Shown piece by piece: positions 1-8,498 of a DNA stretch of 52,334 bases. The stretch is taken from the sequence record SRR20825019_2795. One strand, 5' to 3'. The notes under the pieces were generated by a model, which did no database searches, had not been told where the DNA came from, and saw only the letters and a list, made by a program, of their open reading frames with translations. A program made the position numbers and the translations under genes. Positions within the stretch are counted from its first letter, which is position 1. Each line of letters starts with the position of its first letter.

Positions 1-2012
1 ATTTCGATAGGTTGGGTAAACTCATAATTATTGCCCGGCAGTTGTTTCACTGCAGCTTCAATTTGAGCGATAAGTTCACGCTTGGGCAGGTCCGGCTGTG
101 GCCACTCACTTCTTGGTTTAAGGATCAGGAAAGTATCGGCCACATTCGGCGGCATAGGATCCGTGGCAACTTCCGGTGTCCCCAATTTGGCAAAGACTTT
201 ATCAACTTGCGGGAATTCCTTTAACCGTTGCTCGAGCAGTTCTTGCATCTTAATGGATTGCTCAAGACTGGTGCCGATACTGCGAAGCGCATGCAGTGCA
301 ATATCCCCTTCGTTAAGTTGCGGGATAAACTCAGAACCCATTTTGCTGGCCACATTGATTGATACTGCAACGATAATGGCGGCAACAAGGAGAACGACCC
401 AGCGCAACTTCAGACTGAGCAGCAAGACGGGACGATAAAGCCATTTTGCACCACTGATAAGCAGACTCTCTTTTTCCTTGACCCGGCCTCCCATGAACGT
501 CGCCACGGCAGCCGGCACGATGGTGAGTGTGAAGATCATGGCAGAAACTAGGGCAATAATGACTGTTGCAGCCATCGGTTCAAACATCTTCCCTTCAACA
601 CCAGTGAGGGAAAACAAGGGAATGTATACGACGGTAATGATGGTCACACCGAACAGACTAGGCCGAATTACTTCGTTAGTGGCTTCAAAAACAACTTGTA
701 AACGTTCTTTTAAGGGTAATATTCCCCCAGCCTGTCTTTGTGCGATAGATAGCCTGCGGATCGCGTTTTCAACGATAATCACAGCACCATCGACAATCAA
801 ACCAAAGTCGAGCGCCCCCAGGCTCATCAGGTTGGCAGAAATACCCGCTTGGACCATGCCGGTAAATGTTGCCATCATGGCCAGCGGTATGACGGCCGCA
901 GTAATCAACGCGGCCCGGATGTTCCCCAACAGCAAAAACAACACAACGATGACCAGCAGAGCCCCTTCCAGCAGGTTTTTCTGCACCGTCTTGATAGCCT
1001 TGTCGACTAGTGTTGTGCGGTTATAGACCGCTTCAGCGATGACACCTTCCGGCAGTGAGGATTGAATCGATTTAAGTTCCTTTGCGACTCTCTCAGAAAC
1101 CTCACGTGAGTTTTCACCGACCAGCATCATCACCGTGCCTACAACGGTTTCTTTACCATCACGCGTGCCCGCACCGCTACGAAGCGGCTTTCCAATGACG
1201 ACCTCGGCAACGTCTTTGACTAATACTGGCCGATCGTTAATATTTTTCACCACGACATGGCGAATATCTTCGATAGTCTTGAGCTGTGCCGGTGATCGAA
1301 CCAGAATTTGTTCGCCAAAGCGCTCAATATAACCGGCCCCCCGATTATCGTTATTACGCATTAAGGCCTGTTTCAGTTCACTGAGGCTGACACCAAAATT
1401 TAATAACTTCGTGGGATCGGGCTGAACATGATATTGCTTGTCATAGCCGCCGTTGGTATTCACCTCAGTGATACCTTTAACACGCTCAAGTCGTGGCTTG
1501 ATTACCCAGTCCTGAATCACGCGTAAATCGGTGGCATCATAAGGTGTGCCGTCATCCTGTCTGGCCCCCGGTTCGGCTGTCACCGTGTACATCAGAATCT
1601 CGCCCAGTCCTGTCGCAATAGGCCCCATTTCAGGTTCAAGCCCTTCAGGCAATGAGCCTTTGATGACCGCAAGGCGATTATTGATAAGATTACGCGCGAA
1701 ATAGAGATCCGTTCCTTCCTCAAATATCACAGTGACTTGTGATAGCCCATAGCGGGAGATGGAGCGGGTGTAATCAAGATTTGGCAGACCGGCAATGGCT
1801 CTTTCGACCGGGTAAGTGATGCGCTGTTCTGCCTCCAGTGGCGAATAGCCGGGTGCTTTGGTATTGATTTGTACTTGTACATTGGTGATGTCAGGAACCG
1901 CATCAATCGGCAATTTCTGGTAACTCCATACACCCAGACCGATAATGAGGAATATCAGGGACAACATCAGGCCCCGTCTCTCAATTGAGAACGATAGAAT
2001 TTTATTTATCAT
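1..2012 (-). CDS. czcA: CzcA/CusA family heavy-metal efflux RND permease (5' part; runs off the window edge)
   Basis: Manual minus-strand translation from ATG at 2012 (GGAG RBS upstream): MINKILSFSIERRGLML...LPIDAVPDITNVQVQINT.APGYSPLEAEQRITYPVE, the typical HME-RND N-terminus. Absent from the ORF track because its stop lies outside the window. Confidence 0.93.
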   Translation of the reverse strand, partial: MINKILSFSIERRGLMLSLIFLIIGLGVWSYQKLPIDAVPDITNVQVQINTKAPGYSPLEAEQRITYPVERAIAGLPNLDYTRSISRYGLSQVTVIFEEGTDLYFARNLINNRLAVIKGSLPEGLEPEMGPIATGLGEILMYTVTAEPGARQDDGTPYDATDLRVIQDWVIKPRLERVKGITEVNTNGGYDKQYHVQPDPTKLLNFGVSLSELKQALMRNNDNRGAGYIERFGEQILVRSPAQLKTIEDIRHVVVKNINDRPVLVKDVAEVVIGKPLRSGAGTRDGKETVVGTVMMLVGENSREVSERVAKELKSIQSSLPEGVIAEAVYNRTTLVDKAIKTVQKNLLEGALLVIVVLFLLLGNIRAALITAAVIPLAMMATFTGMVQAGISANLMSLGALDFGLIVDGAVIIVENAIRRLSIAQRQAGGILPLKERLQVVFEATNEVIRPSLFGVTIITVVYIPLFSLTGVEGKMFEPMAATVIIALVSAMIFTLTIVPAAVATFMGGRVKEKESLLISGAKWLYRPVLLLSLKLRWVVLLVAAIIVAVSINVASKMGSEFIPQLNEGDIALHALRSIGTSLEQSIKMQELLEQRLKEFPQVDKVFAKLGTPEVATDPMPPNVADTFLILKPRSEWPQPDLPKRELIAQIEAAVKQLPGNNYEFTQPIE

Positions 2013-2025
2013 GCAGAACTCCGTA

Positions 2026-3174
2026 TTAGTGGGCGTGTGCCGCGCCTTCTTTTTCCAGATCAGCCTTAATGAGGTAGCTGTTCTCTACGACGATTTCATC
2101 GCCTTGCCGGAGTCCGGATAACACTTCGCTGTATCTGCCATCGGAAATACCCAATTTCAGTGGTTTAACCTGATATTTTCCATCCGTTTTGAGAAAGGCA
2201 ACTTGTGAGCCTTCATAGCGTTGAATGGCACTGTTGGGAATTCTGATGTCCACGGTTTCTTGCTGGATAATGACTTGTGCTTCCACTAATAAGCCCGGAA
2301 ACAGGGTTGCTTCTGCGTTTTTAATGGGAACACGGGCAATTCTGTATGGCTGGGCCTGATTACTTGGCAGCAGTTGCTTGATACTGGACTCAAACTTTCG
2401 TTCACCATTCAACAGGTGAACTTTTTGCCCGGCTTTTATTGCAGCAGCCTGCTCAGGGAACACTTTAAGCTCTGCCCACAGTGAATTGGTATCGGTAATG
2501 ATGAACAGGACTTGATCAGTGGCGATTTCGCCTGTGCTGGCTTCTTTTGCTGTAATCGTGCCTGAGATGGGAGCACGCAGGTTGTAGCTCTGCAAACTGT
2601 TATTGGATTCCACACTCGCCAGTAACTGCCCTTTTTTAACCTCATCACCAAAGTTCACATTAACGCGGGTAATTCGGCCAGGAAAACGGGCTCTGACCTG
2701 ACTCACCTGATCAGGTGAAAGTACAATCCTGCCATAGAGCTTGGTCGTCAGTGATACCTCTCCGGCCAGGGCTTTCGCGGTAGCGAGGCCTTGTTGACGG
2801 GCCATCTCATCATCGATTTCAACGTGATTTTCCTCTTCACTTTCATGCCCATGCCCGTGCTCATCCTCATTAGCGGTCGCAGGTGAAGCATGCTCACTGT
2901 GAGATTCAGTTGAATTATGCGTTTGTTCGTCATGCTGATGCTGATCGACACTGTGCGACTTCTCTTCTTTGTGCGAAGAACTCTCAGACGCTGAATCATG
3001 CTTATGGTCAGCCTCTGATTCGTGTTGTTCAGTTTGCTTATCAGCATGTTCATGCTCGTTTTGAGCGATAACAGGTGATGCGGCGGTTATCAGCAACAGT
3101 GCCGACAGGATTGATAGACCGCTGTTCAAGGAAAAGTTAATCCATCGTTTTTCAAACATTTTTTTCTGATACAT
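2026..3174 (-). CDS. czcB: CzcB-type efflux RND periplasmic adaptor with long His-rich N-terminal linker
   Basis: Signal peptide, His/Glu/Ser-rich region, lipoyl-like motifs (RARFPGRI...GDEVKKGQLL, LRAPISGTI), C-terminal AAHAH; lies between the OM factor and the RND permease. Confidence 0.92.
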   Translation of the reverse strand: MYQKKMFEKRWINFSLNSGLSILSALLLITAASPVIAQNEHEHADKQTEQHESEADHKHDSASESSSHKEEKSHSVDQHQHDEQTHNSTESHSEHASPATANEDEHGHGHESEEENHVEIDDEMARQQGLATAKALAGEVSLTTKLYGRIVLSPDQVSQVRARFPGRITRVNVNFGDEVKKGQLLASVESNNSLQSYNLRAPISGTITAKEASTGEIATDQVLFIITDTNSLWAELKVFPEQAAAIKAGQKVHLLNGERKFESSIKQLLPSNQAQPYRIARVPIKNAEATLFPGLLVEAQVIIQQETVDIRIPNSAIQRYEGSQVAFLKTDGKYQVKPLKLGISDGRYSEVLSGLRQGDEIVVENSYLIKADLEKEGAAHAH

Positions 3175-3179
3175 TTTGT

Positions 3180-4478
3180 TTACTCCGTTTCAGCCAGTGG
3201 CTCTGCTGTCAGTTGCTCAATTTCAGCCTCGTATTTGAGCGCTGCTGTGGCAGCCTCGATAACAGCACGTCTGGCGTTGAGCAAATCCTGTCTGACAGTG
3301 AGTAAATCCAGATAACTATAGAGTCCACGCTGATAACCCACGCGTGTCTGCTCCAGGCTGGTGTTAAGTTTGGGGATAATTTGTTGTTGCAGCTTCTGAA
3401 TGCTGGTGATGGCCTGACTACGACCTGAATAGGCGCGATATAATTGCGTATGAAGTTGCAGCAACACGTCCTGACGGCGATAGGTCACTTCATTTCTGGC
3501 GGCCAGTGCTGCTTCTATTCTGCCCTGAGCCCGCTCCTCGCTGAACAGCGGCATAGAAATGCCCGCAACCAGAGCTGAATCGTCTATACCTTCATCTCGA
3601 CGTATCCCGACTGACCAGGTCAGATCAGCAACTTGCTGGGTTCGAGCAAGACGGACTTCGGCATCACGAACCCGCGCCTCGGCAGCAAACATTTCGATCT
3701 GTGGATTTTGTTGTGCTTTAGCGAATAAAGCATCGAATGGCATCGCTTCATTAAAGGAATAGAGTGATCCCGATACTTCATCGAAAGCAGGCTGGTAGCT
3801 GCCCCACAAGTTAGCCAATGCCATTCGGTGCGCCTCAAGCTGTCGCTGCTCTGCAAGCAGGGTCAACTCTGCTTGTTGAACCGCAGCTTCAGCACGGCCC
3901 AGGTCGGCCTTAGGCGCCACGGCAGCACTGACTCGCCGGTTGACTTCTTTTAATGTCGTCTGAGCGAGCTCCAGCCCCACTTCTGCTAGTTTTACTCGCT
4001 CCTGGCTGTTGAGCACGTTGATGAACCGTCTTGTCACCTGACCCAGTAAATCCAGTGCTTTGACCTTGCGCTCAACACGAACAACATCGCTTTGTTGTTC
4101 AACCAAATCGACACGCGACTGGCGTTTACCACCCAGCTCTAACACGGAGGATAATGTGACCCGTGTTTCAAGGGCCTTGATACCGCTTAGCTCCCCTGTT
4201 CCGGCAACATTTTCAACTTCGGCACCGACCACATAGGCCGGTTTAAGGTTGGCAGTTTTTTTCTGCGCTTCCAGTCCCTGCTGGCGTAGTGGAAAAACCT
4301 GTAAGGAAGGATGCCGTTGTAGCGTTTGTTGCATCGCATCTTTCAGACCCAATGCCATTTCTTGTTGCTTGGCATCAGCATTGACCATCGGCGCCATCGC
4401 AGCCAGGAGCAATGAACAAAACAAAGCAGGAACAACTGGCTTACGTGAACTCTGCACGCAATCATATTGCTTTTTCAT
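3180..4478 (-). CDS. czcC: CzcC/TolC family outer-membrane efflux protein
   Basis: Signal peptide, helical repeats, ELGGKRQSR and YQRGLYSYLDLL motifs typical of CzcC; operon position. Confidence 0.9.
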   Translation of the reverse strand: MKKQYDCVQSSRKPVVPALFCSLLLAAMAPMVNADAKQQEMALGLKDAMQQTLQRHPSLQVFPLRQQGLEAQKKTANLKPAYVVGAEVENVAGTGELSGIKALETRVTLSSVLELGGKRQSRVDLVEQQSDVVRVERKVKALDLLGQVTRRFINVLNSQERVKLAEVGLELAQTTLKEVNRRVSAAVAPKADLGRAEAAVQQAELTLLAEQRQLEAHRMALANLWGSYQPAFDEVSGSLYSFNEAMPFDALFAKAQQNPQIEMFAAEARVRDAEVRLARTQQVADLTWSVGIRRDEGIDDSALVAGISMPLFSEERAQGRIEAALAARNEVTYRRQDVLLQLHTQLYRAYSGRSQAITSIQKLQQQIIPKLNTSLEQTRVGYQRGLYSYLDLLTVRQDLLNARRAVIEAATAALKYEAEIEQLTAEPLAETE

Positions 4479-4483
4479 GAGTG

Positions 4484-4551
4484 AAATCCTGTATATCTGT
4501 GAACAACGGACTCAGGTCGAGCCCGCATGAAATGTCAGCAGATCAGGATTT
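4484..4551 (-). promoter_or_regulatory. mRNA hairpin pairing the leader ORF 3' end with the czcC Shine-Dalgarno
   Basis: Top strand AAATCCTG (4484-4491) / CAGGATTT (4544-4551), ATCTG (4495-4499) / CAGAT (4539-4543), inner ACGGACTC / GAGCCCGC. On the mRNA the AGGA RBS lies within the outer stem. Confidence 0.7.
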
Positions 4552-4893
4552 AGGGGGGCGGTACATACTGACTGAGTAGTCAGTGACAGAGGCTAGTTGG
4601 TAGGGGTAAAAAAAGTTATCCGGACTCGGATAAACATCAATGTCTGCACTGGTATTGATAGCTGTAAAGTGCGAACAGTGGCAGTGCATGCAAAAAGCAC
4701 AACCATCTGCAGAGGATGAGTTGTGTTCTCCAGTATGTTGAGCCTGATCTTGCAGACCGTCATTGAGGTCATCATTGTGAAGATGTTGCTCAGGAGCATG
4801 TTCTGGCACAACACTGTGAACGTCAGCCGCAACAATGCCTGATTGAATGACAATCATCAGGATAAGCACTTTGACGAAAGAATGGACTGACAT
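4543..4893 (-). CDS. Small exported Cys/His-rich protein, CzcI/DUF2946-like putative regulatory leader
   Basis: N-terminal hydrophobic signal, His-rich middle, CAFCMHCHCSH motif, C-terminal YRPP; first gene upstream of czcC. Confidence 0.7.
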   Translation of the reverse strand: MSVHSFVKVLILMIVIQSGIVAADVHSVVPEHAPEQHLHNDDLNDGLQDQAQHTGEHNSSSADGCAFCMHCHCSHFTAINTSADIDVYPSPDNFFYPYQLASVTDYSVSMYRPPKS

Positions 4894-5126
4894 GGGTTCA
4901 GGTATTTATGATGGGCACAAAGTTGAAGACAGACTCATTATGAATGAGTTCCAACCATGAATACAAATTTTGGACTTTTACCTGCCTGTTTAAGTTGTGT
5001 ACAAATACACTGGTTTTCAATTCATTGTTTAAATAGACGTCGCGTTCTGAATTTCATTTATACGTCAATAAAAATGGCTTCTGACAACTTCATATGACCC
5101 AGATTGCAATTAATTAAGCTCTCACA

Positions 5127-5163
5127 AAATAAAAAGCTGAGCACCATCAGGGATGGTGCTCAG
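5127..5163 (-). terminator. Rho-independent terminator of the cupredoxin gene
   Basis: 12-bp perfect stem CTGAGCACCATC/GATGGTGCTCAG (5137-5163), followed on the minus strand by a U-rich tract. Confidence 0.8.
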
Positions 5164-5203
5164 ACAAAACCGAGCTTTTGAGCTTCGTTACTTGCGTGAC
5201 CGC

Positions 5204-5656
5204 TCAACGATTTTCAGCTGCTTTGATTGCTTTTCTAGCAAGCCTTCCGGCAGCACCTTTGGCATCAGCATTTTTGATTTGTTCAAGGTTGACTGGTTCA
5301 CCCACAATGATCACACCACCCATACCGGCACCCCAGTGTGGAACACATTTGTATAAGTAAATTCCGTCTTGCGTAAAAGTGCGATCATAATTTTTACCAA
5401 TTTCCGACTCCCAGTGCTCCGCTCCCTCAGGAATCAGACCTTCAAGTGATTTTGTGTTGTGAGTAGGCATATTCCGCCAGGAAACAGTATCCCCATTGTC
5501 GATAGTGACCACCAAAGGCATGAACTTAAGTCCTTGGGCCTTCACAGTGTGTGTTTCTGCCTCAGCAGACTGCGCAGTCACAGGCAACATCAAGGCGAGG
5601 AAAAAAGTGAACACGCTATTTTTAACAAAGTGAATCGCTTTTGATGTTTCAAACAT
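5204..5656 (-). CDS. Pseudoazurin-like type-1 (blue) copper protein
   Basis: Signal peptide; ligands H (PTHNT) and C-x2-H-x4-M (CVPHWGAGM); C-terminal helical extension typical of pseudoazurins. Confidence 0.85.
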   Translation of the reverse strand: MFETSKAIHFVKNSVFTFFLALMLPVTAQSAEAETHTVKAQGLKFMPLVVTIDNGDTVSWRNMPTHNTKSLEGLIPEGAEHWESEIGKNYDRTFTQDGIYLYKCVPHWGAGMGGVIIVGEPVNLEQIKNADAKGAAGRLARKAIKAAENR

Positions 5657-5929
5657 ATTAAGCCTCCTCTTGGATCTAAGTCATAAGTCATTCCCAAAGT
5701 CACCGTAACATGAACTCATAAGGCAAAAAAATAACTAAAGCATCCTAAATGGGTGGAAAATTCAGTTTGATTAAATGCCTCTGAATCAAACCAATCAGAT
5801 TTTTTAATTTTTATTTAATAACGATCTCTTATGATGATCAGTTAATTTTGCTTATCGCTATCCATCAAAGATTATTCAGCGTTTATTGCAGTTCAAAACG
5901 GCGCCAAACAAATCAACTAAACTTAAGAA

Positions 5930-6322
5930 ATGAAAACATCAATAAAAACCTTCCCCCACAAACATACTGGTATACGACGACTCATTTTTGCTTTTTATTA
6001 CTCCATGAAGGGGCTTATGGCTGGCCTTCGATATGAAGCGGCATTTCGGCAGGAATTTTTGTTATTTGCTGCAGTCATACCCATCGTTTTTTTGCTTGAT
6101 TTCACTGTCACTGAACGGCTCGCCCTGATTGGTAGCGTGCTGGCAGTTATGGTGGTGGAACTGGTCAACTCCGCTATCGAATGCACCCTGGACCGCGTCA
6201 GCATCGAGATGCATCCCCTGGCAGGACGAGCCAAGGACTACGGCTCTCTGGCTGTTCTAATTACTTTAATGTTTGCTATCGCTGTATGGGCGTCACTAAT
6301 CTTGCCAAAACTGATTAATTGA
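5930..6322 (+). CDS. dgkA: Diacylglycerol kinase
   Basis: YS.KGL...YEAAFRQE, VELVNSAIE..LDRV, HPLAGRAKDYGS motifs; 3 TM. Confidence 0.95.
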   Translation: MKTSIKTFPHKHTGIRRLIFAFYYSMKGLMAGLRYEAAFRQEFLLFAAVIPIVFLLDFTVTERLALIGSVLAVMVVELVNSAIECTLDRVSIEMHPLAGRAKDYGSLAVLITLMFAIAVWASLILPKLIN

Positions 6323-6326
6323 AAAT

Positions 6327-8327
6327 ATGAAACGTAATATTCTGTCTCTTCTCGGGCCTTATGCAATTCTTCTCAAAATTCTACTGACGGGGTTAGTAGT
6401 CCTTTCCCTGTCGCGCTGGGCATTGGTTGCCTGGCAGTGGGATCGCGTTAGCGAAGCTATCAGCCTGTGGGATATGTTTGTTCAGGGCATCAGAGCCGAT
6501 CTCATCATCATGGGCATGCTCATCGCCCCATTGGCCTTGGTGATGCCTATCCTGGTCAATAAAATTGGCTGGCCGCTGTGGCAGAAACTGGTCTGGCTCT
6601 GGGGTATCGTGATTGTTGTGTTGCTGGTGTTCATGGAATCGGCGACGCCAGCCTTTATTATGCAATACGATCTGCGGCCCAATCGTCTCTTCGTCGAATA
6701 CCTCAATTATCCGAAAGAGGTGTTCTCGACATTGTGGGAAGGGTTCAGAATACCGCTGATTCTGGGGGTCTCACTCACCATTTTCGCCGGCTGGCTGGCA
6801 AACAAAGTGCTTCGCCGCTGGCAGGCGAATGAACAGCTTAACTGGCCTTTCTGGAAAGTCTGGCTCGCCTGGCCGCTGCTTGTGCTGCTTCTGGTTGTCA
6901 TGATCCGATCAACATTCGGCCACCGTCCGGCAAATCCCGCCATGTTTGCGATTACTTCTGACGCCATGGTCAACAGTCTGGTGATTAACTCCAGCTGGTC
7001 AGTGTATTTTGCCATTTACAACATGCAGCACGAGGCCGAGGCCAGTGAGGTCTATGGCACGATGACCGATGATGCCATCATGAAAGAGATGGATGAAAAC
7101 TATCCCTGGCTCAATAGCAATCCCGATGCGCCCTTCCCCACGCTTAACAAGCGGCCTGCACCGGTTGAACGGGACAAACCGCTTAATCTGGTCATTATTC
7201 TTGAAGAAAGCCTGGGGGCAACTTTTGTCGATTCATTGGGCGGTGAATATGCGGTGACCCCTGAGCTTGAAAAACTGAAAAAGCAGGGTTGGTGGTTTGA
7301 GCAACTTTATGCGACCGGCACCCGCTCTGTGAGGGGCATTGAAGCCACCATCAGCGGATTCTTACCCACCCCAGCCAGAAGTGTTGTCAAGCTGTCACTA
7401 TCACAGCAGAACTTTTTCACCATCGCTGATTTGCTGAGTCAAAAAGGCTACCAAACTGAGTTTATCTATGGCGGCGAATCGCACTTCGATAATATGGCTA
7501 ACTTCTTTATCGGTAACGGTTTCCAGTCTGTCATCGATCAGGATGACTATGAAAACCCGGTTTTTGAAGGAAGCTGGGGCGTGTCAGATGAAGATTTATT
7601 CAATAAAGCCCATGAGAGAATTCAGCAGGCCGAGCAATCTGAAGAACCTTACTTTGGTTTGGTATTTACTTCCAGCAATCACTCACCTTACGAGTTTCCT
7701 GATGGCCGTATCGATCTTCATGTACCGGAAAAACAAACCGATCTGAATGCCGTCAAGTATGCGGATTATGCACTGGGCCAATTTTTCAAAAAAGCCAGGC
7801 AGAGTGACTATTGGGACAATACCCTGTTCCTTGTTATCGCTGACCATGATCTGAATGTATACGGTGATGCCCTTGTGCCCATCGAACGATTCCAAATTCC
7901 GGGGCTTATTATGGGTGCAGATATTCAGCCAAAACGGATTAAAACCGTCGCCAGTCAAATCGATATGGCACCGACATTATTATCTTTAATGGGAATCAGT
8001 GCAGAAACACCGATGATTGGTCGTGACTTGAGTCGTCCTGAAGAACAACAATCTCAAGGCAGAGCGCTGATGCAGTTCGCGGATTATTTTGCGCTGCTAC
8101 AAGGAGAAAAAGTCACTGTGCTCCGTCCGCAAAAAGAGGCGCTTGCTGGGCATTACTCTCCCGAAGTTCGACAATTGGAAATCACCGGGCCTGCCGATGA
8201 CGAGGACGCCCATGAGGCCCTCGCGCATGTGCTGTTACCCTCATGGTTATACCGGGAACAACGCTATGATATGCCTTTGGGACACCCGCTGCACAAGAAG
8301 CAAACTGAGACTCCTGCACTAGAATAA
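6327..8327 (+). CDS. LTA synthase family (phosphoglycerol transferase-like) membrane sulfatase-superfamily protein
   Basis: About 5 N-terminal TM helices, then NLVIILEESL, ATGTRSVRG, TSSNHSPY, ADH alkaline-phosphatase-superfamily motifs. Confidence 0.88.
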   Translation: MKRNILSLLGPYAILLKILLTGLVVLSLSRWALVAWQWDRVSEAISLWDMFVQGIRADLIIMGMLIAPLALVMPILVNKIGWPLWQKLVWLWGIVIVVLLVFMESATPAFIMQYDLRPNRLFVEYLNYPKEVFSTLWEGFRIPLILGVSLTIFAGWLANKVLRRWQANEQLNWPFWKVWLAWPLLVLLLVVMIRSTFGHRPANPAMFAITSDAMVNSLVINSSWSVYFAIYNMQHEAEASEVYGTMTDDAIMKEMDENYPWLNSNPDAPFPTLNKRPAPVERDKPLNLVIILEESLGATFVDSLGGEYAVTPELEKLKKQGWWFEQLYATGTRSVRGIEATISGFLPTPARSVVKLSLSQQNFFTIADLLSQKGYQTEFIYGGESHFDNMANFFIGNGFQSVIDQDDYENPVFEGSWGVSDEDLFNKAHERIQQAEQSEEPYFGLVFTSSNHSPYEFPDGRIDLHVPEKQTDLNAVKYADYALGQFFKKARQSDYWDNTLFLVIADHDLNVYGDALVPIERFQIPGLIMGADIQPKRIKTVASQIDMAPTLLSLMGISAETPMIGRDLSRPEEQQSQGRALMQFADYFALLQGEKVTVLRPQKEALAGHYSPEVRQLEITGPADDEDAHEALAHVLLPSWLYREQRYDMPLGHPLHKKQTETPALE

Positions 8328-8498
8328 CGCTATCCTGGAGTCTAGTTTCCAAGTCTGCGCCCATTCTCCAATGACAGTTGTGGGCCATGGTGACGGATTT
8401 TGCTTTGCTGTTTTTGCTGCACTCGCATGCCTGGCTGTTAAACTTGCTGGCTCTAATCCATTTCAACCCTCCCCCCACTTCTGAACCAAGGTCAGCAG

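Noticed and set aside
12-1933. Short ORFs in the track over 1-2 kb (e.g. 478..1026 +)
   Set aside because: Antisense or off-frame shadows of czcA, which the track missed because its stop is outside the window.
5766-5790. FNR box upstream of the pseudoazurin-like gene
   Set aside because: TTTGATT/AATCAAA are separated by 11 nt, not the TTGAT-N4-ATCAA spacing.
5800-5929. ColR-type box upstream of dgkA (dgkA is a ColR target in Pseudomonas)
   Set aside because: No convincing TTCAC-N6-TTCAC match found by eye.
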